A stretch of DNA of 64,000 nucleotides from Calditrichales bacterium (GCA_965267575.1 OZ254086.1:1056001-1120000), one strand, 5' to 3'. Shown: positions 11,758 to 22,726, counted from the first letter of the stretch. Translations and numbers: made by a program. The notes: generated by a model not told the origin, from the sequence alone.

Positions 11758-12303
11758 TCAGTCTTTGGGGTAGCCCGGCCATTGCGCAAGCTGCTCTGCC
11801 TGCCACATATGGCGGCGGCTGTGGGCGGCCAGAAAAACGGCAGCGTCGCACACGCTCATTTTAACCAGCCTTGTTATGGGTGAACTGATTATAATTTTTG
11901 TGAGGTCATGCTGCTTTGAGGAATCTTCAATAGTCTTCATAAAGCGGCGGAAATCACGCACGAAACGTTCACGAACATAAGCCTGGCGCAATTCGGTTTG
12001 TGGATGAAAATTGCGGAATGTTTTCATTTTAAAGGCATAGGGTGGTTCCATGGAATAGGCAAAAACCCGTCCGCGCCAGCCGGGTGCGCATTTTTCGATA
12101 CCGCTGCCGGGAGAGGCAATGGCCAGAGCCTTGTCTATTTTTTCCTGGTAAGACACCAGCGTTTCCCGGGCATGATCAACACATTCCAGAACGGACCACT
12201 GATCCGGGCCGGGTTTCCAGCGGGCCTGTTTTTCCGTGCAGCCGTTTAGAATAGCCAGCCCCCTGTTAAGTACACTCTGATAGTCTTCGAGTAAGCGCCG
12301 CAA
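11758..12303 (-). CDS. DinB-family protein
   Basis: Probable TTG start at 12303 behind GGGGAGGA; WKPGPDQWSVLECVDH and HSRRHMWQA motifs. Confidence 0.8.
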   Translation of the reverse strand: MRRLLEDYQSVLNRGLAILNGCTEKQARWKPGPDQWSVLECVDHARETLVSYQEKIDKALAIASPGSGIEKCAPGWRGRVFAYSMEPPYAFKMKTFRNFHPQTELRQAYVRERFVRDFRRFMKTIEDSSKQHDLTKIIISSPITRLVKMSVCDAAVFLAAHSRRHMWQAEQLAQWPGYPKD

Positions 12304-12430
12304 AGTTGTTCCTCCCCTTTGGCGCACAAAATACAGCAATACCGTTTTTCTGACAACTTTCAGGATAAGCTTGGTATCACGTGCAGAATGTAAGATATTG
12401 GCCGCATGCCTTTTGCAAACAGGAGTAAAA

Positions 12431-12787
12431 ATGTACATCGCCTCTGTTATCCTTACTGCTTTTGTCGCTTTGTTACATCTCTATTTTTTGATCCTGGAAA
12501 TGTTTTTGTGGGACAAACCCGCCGGGCTTAAGGCCTTCCGCCAGACACCGGAGCAGGCCCGCGCAAGCAAAACATTGGCCGCCAATATGGGGTTGTACAA
12601 CGGTTTTCTGTCGGCCGGGCTGGTGTGGGGTATTCTAAGAGGACCTGACCAATCCGGCATTACAATCTTCTTTTTGTGCTGCGTTATTATTGCCGGCGTC
12701 TATGGCGCGCTGACCGTACACCGCAAAATACTATTCATCCAGGCATTGCCGGCGGCTATCGCGCTGCTATTTCTGCTTCTGGCTTAA
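12431..12787 (+). CDS. DUF1304-like membrane protein
   Basis: HLYFLILEMFLW, ANMGLYNGFL and ILFIQALPA motifs; four TM segments. Confidence 0.85.
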   Translation: MYIASVILTAFVALLHLYFLILEMFLWDKPAGLKAFRQTPEQARASKTLAANMGLYNGFLSAGLVWGILRGPDQSGITIFFLCCVIIAGVYGALTVHRKILFIQALPAAIALLFLLLA

Positions 12788-12922
12788 GACGCTAGAAAAC
12801 ATTATTTACTTCGCCGATTGAAGTTGAATAAATCGCTTTTGGTCACCTATGACGAAAGTCTGTTTTTTTTTGTTTAAACAGTTATTTTTATTCTCATAAT
12901 GTGAAAGGATGGATTTCTTTAG

Positions 12923-14692
12923 GTGGAAGAAAAGGCAAAGTTACAAGCCCTTAAAAATCTGACAGAGACCGAAAAGCGCATACTCTCTTATATCGCCCAA
13001 AATAAAACCAGCAGGGAAATCGCCAAAGCGCTTTTTGTAAGTGTGCGTACGGTGCAGAACCACCGCTACAACATCGCCCGCAAGCTGGGGTTAAAAGGGG
13101 CCAACAAACTGCTGGAGTTTGCCATCGAACAGCGCGTGGCGCTGGCGGATTTGTACGAATCCGACAAAGAGCTTAGCCCTCCCGCAGCGGCACAACACTC
13201 CGGCAGCAGAAGCGGCTGGATCTACCCGCTGGCCTTACTGCTGGTATTGATCATAATTGTGGGTGGCTTTTTTTTGCTGGAAAGTTCCGATTCCCCGGCG
13301 GCTGATCCCTTGCGAATTGCCGTTATGCCGCTGCGCATGATCGGCCCTGACAGCAGTAATGCCTACCTTGCCGACGGTTTCACCGAAGAGCTGATTACGC
13401 AGATTTCCCGTAATCCCGATTTGCGTGTCATTGCCCGAAGCTCTGTTATGCGCTATAAAAATAAACCAAGCAATATTTCTGAAATCGTAGAGCGACTGGG
13501 CGTCGGGTCCATCCTGGAAGGCAGCCTGCAAAAAGAGGGCGACCTTTTGCGTATTAACCTGCAACTGGTGGATGCGTCGAGCCGTGCCAACCTGTGGAGC
13601 CAGACCTTTGACCGCCGGCTCTCTGATATTCTTTCCGTTCAGCGCGAGATTGCCTGGCAGGTGGCCATGGCGCTGGATGTAAAGCTGTTCCTGGAAGGGC
13701 TGGAAGGCGCGGGCACAGTAGACAGGGTAAACGAAGAAACACAGACCGCCTACCTTAAGGGACGCTATTTTCTGAGCCGCAATACCGCTGCCGGTTTTGA
13801 GCAGGCCGGCTTGTTTTTTAAGCAGGCTCTTGCTATCGATTCCACGTTTGCCCGGGCCTGGGCCGGCTTGGCAGAGATGTACGCCTGGCAATCCAACTTT
13901 GGATTTATGGCTCCCGATGAAGCGTATCCGCAGTCACGCCGGGCGGCGCAAAAAGCGCTGAAGTATAATCCCGCGCTGGCCGAAGCACACAACTCGATGG
14001 CGGCCATTGCCCTGTTGTACGACTGGGATTTTGAGCGTGCCGAGGTCGCATTCCAAAAGGCGCTGGCTTTGAATCCCAGCCTGGCAGCGGCGCATCGTCT
14101 CTATGCCCTTTTGCATATCACGCGTGGGCACACGGAGAAGGCCGTACAGCACACCGAACGCGCCTTAAAACTGGACCCGCTTTCCTTGCTGAGTAACTCA
14201 TTTCACGGGCGGGCGCTCTATTTTGCCCGCCGTTACGGCGATGCCGTCAGCCAATATAAAAACACGCTGCAACTCGATGCCGGTTACTGGCTGGTGCACG
14301 CTTACCTTGGGGAAGCCTATCTGGAAAAAGGCGCACAGGACAGCGCGCTGGCCGCGCTCGAACAGGCCGTAAAGCTGGCGCCGCAGAATTACTCCGCGCT
14401 TGGCCGGCTTGGCTATGGCTACGCCCGTAGCGGCCGCACCGAAGAAGCCCGGCAAATCGTTAAAACACTCAAAGAACAATCGCATAAAGGCGAGCCTTTT
14501 TCTTTCCAGCTGGTGCTTATCTACGCGGCACTGGGTGAAACAGAGCAGGCCTTTGTATGGATGCAAAAAGCCTTTGAAGAGCGCCACGATTTTATGCTGG
14601 ACCTGCAAAGCGATCCCAAACTCGATCCCCTGCGTGATGATCCGCGCTATAAAGATTTCCTTTTAAAAATGGGCTTGTTCCAACCTTCCTGA
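12923..14692 (+). CDS. membrane-anchored regulator: LuxR-type HTH, TM helix, TolB-like domain, TPR repeats
   Basis: LTETEKRIL...SREIAKALFVSVRTVQNHRYNIARKL (LuxR HTH), one hydrophobic helix, IAVMPL...ADGFTEELITQIS...LRVIARSS (TolB-like), then several TPRs. Confidence 0.85.
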   Translation: MEEKAKLQALKNLTETEKRILSYIAQNKTSREIAKALFVSVRTVQNHRYNIARKLGLKGANKLLEFAIEQRVALADLYESDKELSPPAAAQHSGSRSGWIYPLALLLVLIIIVGGFFLLESSDSPAADPLRIAVMPLRMIGPDSSNAYLADGFTEELITQISRNPDLRVIARSSVMRYKNKPSNISEIVERLGVGSILEGSLQKEGDLLRINLQLVDASSRANLWSQTFDRRLSDILSVQREIAWQVAMALDVKLFLEGLEGAGTVDRVNEETQTAYLKGRYFLSRNTAAGFEQAGLFFKQALAIDSTFARAWAGLAEMYAWQSNFGFMAPDEAYPQSRRAAQKALKYNPALAEAHNSMAAIALLYDWDFERAEVAFQKALALNPSLAAAHRLYALLHITRGHTEKAVQHTERALKLDPLSLLSNSFHGRALYFARRYGDAVSQYKNTLQLDAGYWLVHAYLGEAYLEKGAQDSALAALEQAVKLAPQNYSALGRLGYGYARSGRTEEARQIVKTLKEQSHKGEPFSFQLVLIYAALGETEQAFVWMQKAFEERHDFMLDLQSDPKLDPLRDDPRYKDFLLKMGLFQPS

Positions 14693-14709
14693 CGCCTAAA
14701 CCCGCCATT

Positions 14710-14750
14710 TGAGTAGATCTACTCAGGCTCAATTTGAGTAGTTTGCTCTA
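14710..14750. promoter_or_regulatory. candidate operator: perfect palindrome TGAGTAGATCTACTCA plus a degenerate second copy
   Basis: Perfect 16-bp inverted repeat at 14710-14725 and TGAGTAGTTTGCTCTA at 14735-14750, between the LuxR-type gene and the next operon. Confidence 0.6.
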
Positions 14751-14809
14751 TTTTATTGACCCCTTCTCCTTCTTTAATTGCAAGCGGCATCAACAGAAAG
14801 GAGAAAGGT

Positions 14810-15220
14810 ATGATCCCAAAAACAATCTTATTGCTCTGCCTGGCGCTGGCTCTGTCCTGTATGAGCAGGCAGCCCGCCAATCCGGCGCCGGAATCCATTA
14901 TTGGCGTGTGGGAGTACGTGGAAGATGACGTCCTGCAGGATGTGCGCGGTATGTCCTTTTTTACGGAAAAGCATTTTGCCTTCGTGGTGAATTTTAGCCG
15001 CGGGGACAGTGCAGGCGCTGCCGAAATATTAGCCCACTCCGGCACCTACAGCATGCAGGGTTCTATTGTTACCGCGCAGATAAAATATTCACACAACCCG
15101 GCGTTGATCGGCCAGAATATCCGCTGGGTTCATGGTGTGGATAATAACCGCGCCACATATAAAGTACTGGACAAAAACGGTACCGTCGTAGAAAGCGGCA
15201 GCGTACGACGCCTGGAATAA
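14810..15220 (+). CDS. putative lipoprotein, lipocalin-like beta-barrel
   Basis: Start ATG 14810 after GAAAGG; lipobox LALSC; IIGVWEY motif. Confidence 0.65.
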   Translation: MIPKTILLLCLALALSCMSRQPANPAPESIIGVWEYVEDDVLQDVRGMSFFTEKHFAFVVNFSRGDSAGAAEILAHSGTYSMQGSIVTAQIKYSHNPALIGQNIRWVHGVDNNRATYKVLDKNGTVVESGSVRRLE

Positions 15221-15230
15221 GGAGGAGATC

Positions 15231-17288
15231 ATGAAAAAGGTAATCTTTTATATTTTAGCACTTATGTTAATGCCGATTTGTTTATCGGCGCAGCAAACCT
15301 ACAGCTTTCAAAGCGGCAATGACGGCAACTGGTCCAACGGAGCACAGTGGACACCAACCGGCGTACCGGGTCCGGCCGACACCGCTATTGTGATAGATGG
15401 CGAAGTCTTTATTGATTCAGCATTCACCGTGGCCCGCCTCGTTTTACAGGGAACGGCTGATCTCTCAGGCAGCGATACATTGACTATCACCAGTTCCTTT
15501 GACTGGGAGCGCGCCATCCTGGATGGCTCCGCGGCGATCGTGGTCGAAGAAGGTGCTGCGCTGACCATTGACAGCCCCGACTTCAAACAGTTGAAAGGCG
15601 ATTTTACACTGATCAACAAAGGCGTTGGTTTGTGGAAAAACGGTCGTTTGTCCAACTCCGGCAGCAGTTGTGCCTTCATAAACAAAGGGACACTCACCTT
15701 GTCGAATTTTTCCAACAGCCGTGTGTTCAACAACGGCCATTTCCTGAACGAAGGCACCTTTATCTATGATGTGGATAAGGAAGGGACTTTTTTCGGAGAC
15801 ATCCAAAACAACGGTGAAATAACTGTAAAAAGGGGTCTTCTTGAGGTGGGACAGGCAAGCGGGAGTGTGGTTGATGACGGCGACTATACGGTTGAGTCCG
15901 GCGCCCGTTTGGCTTTTGGCTTTGGCAGCGGCGAGCGAATTTTGTCCGGCCTTTCTAATGTGGATGCCACCAATGGATCATTGGAATTTAATCGCGGGAC
16001 AATTTCCATAAACGGCGCCTTTTCTGCCGATTCCGTTTTTATGACAGGAACAGGAGCCAACGTTGATTTTGACAACGACATTGACGTGAACTACATGGAG
16101 TTGAGCAGCGGAAGCATCCGCGGAAGCGGGACAGTCACTGTTACCGGGCAAATGGACTGGAGCGCCGGTACCATGCGCGAAGCGGGCACTACACATATTG
16201 CGCAAGGCGCGGTTATGAATTTTGTAAACAACGGTTTGATTAACATGGCCGAAGAACGCATCCTGATGTTGGAAGGAGAGACCAATTGGAATGGCGGCGG
16301 TAGTCTGAGCGGCGTGGGCAATATTTATAATTACGGCGCGTTTAGTTTCAATTCCGGTGCAGATTTTGAACCCACGACATTTATCAATCACGGGCATGTT
16401 AAAGTAACCAGTGACGGCATAGAGGCTTTTACAAGAGCCGTCAACCACGGGTTAGTCGAAGTTCAATCCGGCTATTTAAACTGGCACAACAAAAGCCAGA
16501 CAAGCGTTGTAGATTCCGGAGAATTTAATGTGCATGCCGGGGCGCAGCTTCATTTCGCAGACGGCAGCCGTGTTTTGGCCCGCTCCTCCATCCTCTCCGG
16601 AAACGGTGTGACAGGAAAAACAGGCACCGGTGAATTTGCCTTTCACGGCTCTGTCCGTCCTGACTCCGCGCTGGTAGCCGCCAGCAGCGGTGAGCTGACC
16701 TTTGCCGGTGACCTGGCACTTGATGACAGCAGCGTGACGCTGATTGAGATTGGCGGCTATACGCCTGCCGGCGAGTACGATGTATTCCGGACGAACGGTC
16801 TTTTAAACATCGCCGGCACACTGGAATTAAGTTTTATAGCGAATTTTATACCGGCACTCAACGATACGTTTAGCGTACTTCGCGCCGATTCACTCGCCGG
16901 CATATTTGCGGAGATCAGGACCCCACCGGGCTATGAGGCCGAGGCAGAATACCTGAACGACCGTGTCCGTGTATCCATAACACAAATCGCCACGGATATG
17001 GAGAGCCCAACGGTGATCGTCCCGCAAAAACCCGCGCTGCTGCCGGCTTATCCTAATCCTTTCAACCCGCGCACAACGATTGCTTTGCAGGTAGCACAAA
17101 CCGCTGATGTTACGGTGCAGGTTGTGGACCAACTGGGCCGACGGGTGGCTGTGCTTTACAATGGTCGCATGGAAGCCGGACAGCATAATTTATATTTCGA
17201 TGGCACACGGCTGGCCAGCGGTGTCTACTTTGTCCAAATGAAGGCAGGCCCGTTTTTACAAACGCGTAAAATTGTTCTTTTAAAATAA
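15231..17288 (+). CDS. secreted Gly/Asn-rich beta-helix-like protein with C-terminal sorting-type domain
   Basis: Signal peptide; GNWSNGAQW; repetitive G/N/T beta strands; C-terminal YPNPFNP...ASGVYF...RKIVLLK. Confidence 0.75.
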   Translation: MKKVIFYILALMLMPICLSAQQTYSFQSGNDGNWSNGAQWTPTGVPGPADTAIVIDGEVFIDSAFTVARLVLQGTADLSGSDTLTITSSFDWERAILDGSAAIVVEEGAALTIDSPDFKQLKGDFTLINKGVGLWKNGRLSNSGSSCAFINKGTLTLSNFSNSRVFNNGHFLNEGTFIYDVDKEGTFFGDIQNNGEITVKRGLLEVGQASGSVVDDGDYTVESGARLAFGFGSGERILSGLSNVDATNGSLEFNRGTISINGAFSADSVFMTGTGANVDFDNDIDVNYMELSSGSIRGSGTVTVTGQMDWSAGTMREAGTTHIAQGAVMNFVNNGLINMAEERILMLEGETNWNGGGSLSGVGNIYNYGAFSFNSGADFEPTTFINHGHVKVTSDGIEAFTRAVNHGLVEVQSGYLNWHNKSQTSVVDSGEFNVHAGAQLHFADGSRVLARSSILSGNGVTGKTGTGEFAFHGSVRPDSALVAASSGELTFAGDLALDDSSVTLIEIGGYTPAGEYDVFRTNGLLNIAGTLELSFIANFIPALNDTFSVLRADSLAGIFAEIRTPPGYEAEAEYLNDRVRVSITQIATDMESPTVIVPQKPALLPAYPNPFNPRTTIALQVAQTADVTVQVVDQLGRRVAVLYNGRMEAGQHNLYFDGTRLASGVYFVQMKAGPFLQTRKIVLLK

Positions 17289-17300
17289 CCCCTTGTCTCG

Positions 17301-17328
17301 AAGCCCGGCGCGGTCCGGGCTTTTTTTT
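17301..17328 (+). terminator. intrinsic terminator
   Basis: AAGCCCGG-loop-CCGGGCTT followed by a T run, just after the stop codon. Confidence 0.85.
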
Positions 17329-17412
17329 GTCTAGAAACCTGCGGTTTTCTACAAAACGTCTATCTTTGTCCGTATATTACCCTGAACTATTAATTTTGTA
17401 AGGCGGTAATGT

Positions 17413-20235
17413 ATGCGACGTTTTTATGGTAATACAGCACGAATGCTGTTATTTGGATTTCTTGTTTTTCTCATTTCCATGTCCGGCACAGCGCTGGGCC
17501 AAACCTACCTGGACAGCACGGCGGCGATAGATGCGCGCGTGGAAGATCTGCTTTCACGGATGACGCTACAGGAGAAAATTGGTCAGATGACGCAGGCTGA
17601 ACGGAACGCGTTGTCTTTAAACAGTGACATAAAGGATTTCTTTTTGGGATCGCTGTTAAGTGGCGGCGGTTCTGCACCGGCCAATAATTCGGCATCGGGT
17701 TGGGCCGATATGTACGATACCTACCAGGCCGAAGCACTTAAAACGCGGCTGGGCATTCCGCTTATTTACGGTATAGACGCCGTGCACGGTCATAACAACG
17801 TTAAAGGCGCAGTTATTTTCCCGCACAATATCGGTTTGGGCGCCACGCGAAATCCGGAGCTGGTTAAGGAAGTATCGCGCATAACCGCGTTGGAGGTGGC
17901 GGCCACCGGCATCGACTGGACTTTTGCGCCCTGTATTGCCGTGCCACGTAATATCCGCTGGGGTCGAACCTACGAAGGATTCGGCGAAACACCTGAACTG
18001 CAAAGTATGATGGCCGGGCCCGCCGTCACAGGTTTACAGGGCGACAGCCTCAACCATCCCCGCTCCGTTCTGGCCTGCGCCAAGCACTTTATTGCCGATG
18101 GCGGCACCACCGACGGTATCGACCAGGGCAATACGCAAATCGATGAAGAAACGTTACGCAGCATACACCTGCCCGGCTATATCGACGCTATTGAAGCGGG
18201 CGTTGGCACCATCATGGCCTCTTACAGCAGCTGGAATGGCCAAAAGTTGCACGGACATAAATACCTGCTAACCGACCTGCTTAAAGATGAGCTTGGATTT
18301 AAGGGGTTTGTTATCTCCGACTGGGCTGGCATTGACCAGTTGCCCGGTGATTACCGTAGCGATGTCAAGCAATCCATTAACGCCGGCGTGGACATGGTAA
18401 TGACACCCTACAATTATGAGGAATTTATCAGCACCCTAACCTCGCTGGTCAATTCCGGCGAAGTGACACAGGAGCGCATTGATGATGCCGTTCGCCGTAT
18501 CCTGTACCAGAAATTTGCGCTGGGGCTTTTTGAACAACCCTACACCGACCGCAGCCTCACCAGCTACCTTGGTATCGCGCCGCACCGCGAAGTGGGCCGC
18601 CAGGCCGTGCGTGAATCGATGGTGTTGTTAGCCAAAAAAGACGGTGCTCTGCCGCTGGAGAAAGACGGCCGGAAAATATTGGTCGCAGGACGCCACGCCG
18701 ATAACCTCGGTTTTCAATGTGGAGGTTGGAGCATCTTTTGGCAGGGTGGCAGCGGAAATATTACAACCGGAACAACAATTCTTAAAGCTATTGAAAACGG
18801 CGCGGGCAGCTCGCAGGTAGTGTTTAGCGAAGATGGCAGCGAAGGCACAGATGCCGATGTTGCCGTTGTCGTAATCGGCGAAGAGCCTTATGCGGAAGGA
18901 GCAGGCGACAGGGACGATCTGTCGCTTAATAAAAACGATGTGAATCTGGTGCAGGAGCTTTACGGTTATGGCATGAAGGTAGTGGTTGTGCTTATCTCCG
19001 GGCGCCCGATGCTTATCGACAATATTTTGCCCTACAGCGATGCTGTTTTAGCGGCCTGGTTGCCGGGCACGGAAGGTCAGGGTGTGGCCGATATCCTGTT
19101 TGGCGATTTTCAGCCTACCGGGAAGCTGGGCCATACATGGCCGCGCTCCATGGAGCAGGTGCCGCTCAATCTTGGTGATACAGACTACGATCCGCTTTTT
19201 GCGTATGATCATGGTCTGCAATCAGCAGAGGATGATCCCGAGGGCACGGCCCCTCAATTCTACGCCGGCGCCGTATCGCAAACGGCTACTTTTATCACCG
19301 TCGCCTTTACGCGTGCCATTGACATATCCCAATCCAATACATCGCAATTCGTTATCACGGTTAACGGTAGCGCCGCGAACGTCACATCCCTTGCATTATA
19401 CGACGATCTGACATTGCGTCTCGATTTATCTGCGTCTCTGTCCGCCGGCGATATCATTAAGCTGGAATATAACGGAAGCGGACTTAAGTCTGCCGATGGA
19501 GCCACGGTTGCCCCGTTTGGCCCCGTTGATATCTATAACCTTCTCGATGAAAACGCTGCCGCAACTCTGCCTGGAAAAATTGAGGCGGAAGACTGGCTGG
19601 ATATGGAAGGCGTGGCCACGGAAAACTGCACTGATATCGGCGGCGGTTTGAATGTAGGCTGGATAGATGCCGGCGACTGGATGACCTATCGTGTTTCTGC
19701 TTCAGCAGCCGGTGAGTACACGATGAAATACCGCGTAGCCAGCCTGAGCAATAGTGGTAGTGCGGCGGCTTATGCCGACGATGCCTTTTTAGCAACCACC
19801 TCTTTCCCTATTACGGGAGGATGGCAAACATGGACCACCGTGGAGCAAAACGTAACACTGGCGGCCGGTGAGCAAATCTTAAAAATAGTATGCATTGATG
19901 GCGGCTTTAATATTAACTGGATTGAATTTGAAGCGCTCTCGACCACAATCAGTGATCCGGAAATAGTGCCTCTATCGACGGCATTAATGCAAAACTACCC
20001 CAACCCGTTTAACCCGGTCACGGAAATACCTTTGCAGCTAAGCCAAAGCCAGGTTGTGGAAGTGCTTGTATTTGACCAGCTTGGGAACCGGGTTGCTACA
20101 GTTTTCAAGGGACATTTAAACGCGGGATCGCATACGTTAAGATTTGACGCTTCTGAACTGGCAAGCGGCATTTACTACTACCGCCTCAAGGCGGGTGCAA
20201 AGCTCCAGACGCGAAAAATGGTTCTGTTGAAATAG
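17413..20235 (+). CDS. secreted GH3 beta-glucosidase with CBM6-like module and C-terminal sorting-type domain
   Basis: [27 protein letters not shown] and VISDW (GH3 nucleophile); GKIEAED...[10 protein letters not shown] (CBM6-like); NYPNPFNP tail. Confidence 0.92.
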   Translation: MRRFYGNTARMLLFGFLVFLISMSGTALGQTYLDSTAAIDARVEDLLSRMTLQEKIGQMTQAERNALSLNSDIKDFFLGSLLSGGGSAPANNSASGWADMYDTYQAEALKTRLGIPLIYGIDAVHGHNNVKGAVIFPHNIGLGATRNPELVKEVSRITALEVAATGIDWTFAPCIAVPRNIRWGRTYEGFGETPELQSMMAGPAVTGLQGDSLNHPRSVLACAKHFIADGGTTDGIDQGNTQIDEETLRSIHLPGYIDAIEAGVGTIMASYSSWNGQKLHGHKYLLTDLLKDELGFKGFVISDWAGIDQLPGDYRSDVKQSINAGVDMVMTPYNYEEFISTLTSLVNSGEVTQERIDDAVRRILYQKFALGLFEQPYTDRSLTSYLGIAPHREVGRQAVRESMVLLAKKDGALPLEKDGRKILVAGRHADNLGFQCGGWSIFWQGGSGNITTGTTILKAIENGAGSSQVVFSEDGSEGTDADVAVVVIGEEPYAEGAGDRDDLSLNKNDVNLVQELYGYGMKVVVVLISGRPMLIDNILPYSDAVLAAWLPGTEGQGVADILFGDFQPTGKLGHTWPRSMEQVPLNLGDTDYDPLFAYDHGLQSAEDDPEGTAPQFYAGAVSQTATFITVAFTRAIDISQSNTSQFVITVNGSAANVTSLALYDDLTLRLDLSASLSAGDIIKLEYNGSGLKSADGATVAPFGPVDIYNLLDENAAATLPGKIEAEDWLDMEGVATENCTDIGGGLNVGWIDAGDWMTYRVSASAAGEYTMKYRVASLSNSGSAAAYADDAFLATTSFPITGGWQTWTTVEQNVTLAAGEQILKIVCIDGGFNINWIEFEALSTTISDPEIVPLSTALMQNYPNPFNPVTEIPLQLSQSQVVEVLVFDQLGNRVATVFKGHLNAGSHTLRFDASELASGIYYYRLKAGAKLQTRKMVLLK

Positions 20236-20251
20236 ATTGCGTTTGTCAATC

Positions 20252-20282
20252 GAAAAGCCGGGCGGGTCAGCGCGGCTTTTTT
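20252..20282. terminator. probable bidirectional terminator
   Basis: AAAAGCCG...CGGCTTTT between convergent genes. Confidence 0.55.
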
Positions 20283-21927
20283 AACTCTTCTCCTCCACCC
20301 GTTTAACCACGCTCATGTACCAGCGGCGGGGATCAACCTCGGGCATGCTTTCCGTCTTAAAAAAGATCGCTTCTTTGCCAAGCTGATATCTTTTTGTGAT
20401 CCCGCTTGCTTCAATTTCATAGGGCAGCTCAAAATCGAGATTGGTCAGACGAACCGTGTAGCCATCCTGAACTTTCTTTACTTCGATGACCGGCACATCC
20501 GTTGAATAGACATAGAGGTCAAACAGGTTGCTTAAATCCATGCCCGATGCGGCGTTGATCAGCCTTAGAAAATCTTGCGTGTTCACAGTGTTGGGGTAGC
20601 TGTAGTCCGGGTCCGTTGCAAAAGTGTAGAGCGCGTCAAAAAAGGCGCTGTCTCCGGTTACAAAACGCAGCACGTGTAAAACGGCCGAGCCCTTATAATA
20701 GATATCGCTGTTGTAGGCTTGCTCCGTGGTCATATTTTCGCCCGGCACAAGCGCGTTCCTGTGACGGATCATGCGTTTTTGCTGGCTCAGCCTGGCGTGA
20801 TACGCTTCCTCCCCGCCAATGTCGCGCAGGTAGAGTGCCTCCGCGTAACTGGCAAATCCCTCGTGCAGCCAGAAATCTGCCCAGTCGCCCACGGTGACTT
20901 TATTGCCCCACCACTCATGGGCTAACTCGTGCAGCAGCAGATCATCGTATACGATTCCGGCGGTGGTTTTTTGCTGGTATTCATTACCGTATGCAATCAA
21001 CGTTTGATGCTCCATGCCCAGGAAAGGCGTGTACAACAACCCCGATTTTTCCTTTGCCCAGGGATACGGTCCAAAATAGCGGGAAAGAGATCGCAGTATT
21101 TCTGCCGCTTCATCCAGCAAAGCAGGGGCGCCGGGCATACCTTCGGGCAAAACGTAAAAAACGATCGGGTAATCCGGGCCTTCTTCGGATACGAATTCCC
21201 GTTCAAGTTTTTTGTACATGCCCATGGACCAGTTGATGTTATAATTATTTACGGAATAGCGGGTTTTCCAACGGTAGGTGAGTTTTGAGCTGCTGCTGTC
21301 CACGCCCTGCAACAGACCGGTGGCCGCCACAAAATACGGTTCCGGGACAGTAATATTGAGAGCCACGCTGTCCGGTTCATCAGACGGGTGGTCTTTGCAG
21401 GGAAACCAGATTTTGGCACCTTCACCCTGGCAGCTTATGGCCACCCAATGACTGCCACTGCTGTCTTTTTCCCAGGAAAAGCCGCCTTGCCACGGCGGAA
21501 AACGGGCCTCCGGGGGCTCGCCGCTGTAATAAACCGTCACATCAAACATTTTGCCGCCATCCAGCTCCTCATCCGGCTCAACGGAAAGCACCATATCGCC
21601 ATGGGCAAAAGCAGCCGCGCTGCCGTTCACTTCCACACGCTCAACTTTCAGCTCATCCACAAGGTTCAGGCGGATTGTTTCCAAGTCACTCAACGCTTTG
21701 GCCCGCATGCGGCTGTTACCGGCGATTGTTTTATTTTCGGCTTCAACGTCTAGGGTAATATCATAATAGCTTACATCGTAAACAGCCTGCAATGGATGAA
21801 GCTCCCCGCCGGAGGGAAAGCGTTCGCCAAAACCAAAAAAATACCAATAAGCGCCAAAGGCAGCGACAACAATCAAACCAAAGAGAGCGGCCAGTGCGAT
21901 CAGCGTGCGTTTAATCCATGTTTTCAT
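20281..21927 (-). CDS. M1-family zinc aminopeptidase with N-terminal anchor
   Basis: WFPCKDHPSD, GMEH, HELAHEWWG...WLHEGFASY and YYKG motifs. Confidence 0.92.
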   Translation of the reverse strand: MKTWIKRTLIALAALFGLIVVAAFGAYWYFFGFGERFPSGGELHPLQAVYDVSYYDITLDVEAENKTIAGNSRMRAKALSDLETIRLNLVDELKVERVEVNGSAAAFAHGDMVLSVEPDEELDGGKMFDVTVYYSGEPPEARFPPWQGGFSWEKDSSGSHWVAISCQGEGAKIWFPCKDHPSDEPDSVALNITVPEPYFVAATGLLQGVDSSSSKLTYRWKTRYSVNNYNINWSMGMYKKLEREFVSEEGPDYPIVFYVLPEGMPGAPALLDEAAEILRSLSRYFGPYPWAKEKSGLLYTPFLGMEHQTLIAYGNEYQQKTTAGIVYDDLLLHELAHEWWGNKVTVGDWADFWLHEGFASYAEALYLRDIGGEEAYHARLSQQKRMIRHRNALVPGENMTTEQAYNSDIYYKGSAVLHVLRFVTGDSAFFDALYTFATDPDYSYPNTVNTQDFLRLINAASGMDLSNLFDLYVYSTDVPVIEVKKVQDGYTVRLTNLDFELPYEIEASGITKRYQLGKEAIFFKTESMPEVDPRRWYMSVVKRVEEKS

Positions 21928-21975
21928 AAAAGCTCCGCTATGTTGAGCTGCAAAACGAAAAAGGGCGGAAAAAGT

Positions 21976-22365
21976 TTAGGCGGCAGGGCTGGTCGGTGTA
22001 ATTACGCGCATCAGGTCTTCTTTTTTTATCGGCTTGGTCAGGTAGTCCCGCACGCCCATATGCACAACGCGCTGCTTTAGCTCTTCCTCATCGTAGGCGC
22101 TCATCACCACCACGTAAGGTTTCTGGCGGTGGGCAACGATGGTTTCCAGATCGTCAAGATTGCAGCGTTTGGGATTAGAGAGATTAAAAAATACAATGCC
22201 AAACAGCAATGTATCGAGGTAGGTAAAAGCCGACTCGCAGGAATCGGCGGCAAAGACCTGGTAACCCTGGCGTGACAATAGCCGTGTCAGCGAAATGCTG
22301 AATTCGAGGTCCCGTTCAATGATGAGCACGCGGCGGCTGGAGCGTGCCTTACCTTTTTGGCGCAT
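21976..22365 (-). CDS. single-domain response regulator, atypical receiver
   Basis: Receiver fold with VVVMSAY and DYLTKP. The acidic pocket looks degenerate (IIERD; FFN where the phospho-Asp is expected). Confidence 0.75.
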   Translation of the reverse strand: MRQKGKARSSRRVLIIERDLEFSISLTRLLSRQGYQVFAADSCESAFTYLDTLLFGIVFFNLSNPKRCNLDDLETIVAHRQKPYVVVMSAYDEEELKQRVVHMGVRDYLTKPIKKEDLMRVITPTSPAA

Positions 22366-22400
22366 AATTATCCGTATAAATGTTCAGCAACCGCGCTTAT

Positions 22401-22415
22401 TCAATTTTAATGCCA
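22401..22415 (-). promoter_or_regulatory. candidate sigma54 -24/-12 promoter for the receiver gene
   Basis: TGGCATTAAAATTGA on the minus strand (GG-N10-GA), about 36 nt upstream of the ATG. Confidence 0.45.
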
Positions 22416-22479
22416 CATGGATAAAAAGTAGCCTTTTGCGCCTGTTTTAGCCTGTTTATTGTCCGGAGAGCACAATTTT

Positions 22480-22634
22480 TTCTAAAAATCAAGAAAATAC
22501 ACCAAAACTATTCCCATATATGAGAAACGCAGAGAATCAAAATTCTCTAAAGTCATATTTTACAATTACTTAGATTTTATTTCTCTTCCAGGATCACGGT
22601 CCTGTCAACACAACGCCTTTCTCAATTTTGGGAA
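22480..22634. promoter_or_regulatory. three TTCYCA-N4-TGRGAA-like palindromes (candidate enhancer sites)
   Basis: TTCCCA-TATA-TGAGAA (22511-22526), TTCTCA-ATTT-TGGGAA (22619-22634) and a degenerate TTCTAA-AAAT-CAAGAA (22480-22495). Confidence 0.5.
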
Positions 22635-22711
22635 TAGCGTCTGTTAAGGGCAACCCGGGGCTTTGACATAAACTCAAAATTAACAGTTACTTACAGCAGT
22701 ATACGTATTCT

Positions 22712-22726
22712 TGGCACGCTTTTGGT
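22712..22726 (+). promoter_or_regulatory. candidate sigma54 promoter of the cco operon
   Basis: TGGCACGCTTTTGGT: perfect -24 element, imperfect -12 element, about 37 nt upstream of the ccoI ATG. Confidence 0.45.

Noticed and set aside
22663-22677. Possible FNR box TTGACATAAACTCAA upstream of cco
   Set aside because: The spacer is one base too long for TTGAT-N4-ATCAA and both half-sites mismatch. It could simply be a -35 hexamer.
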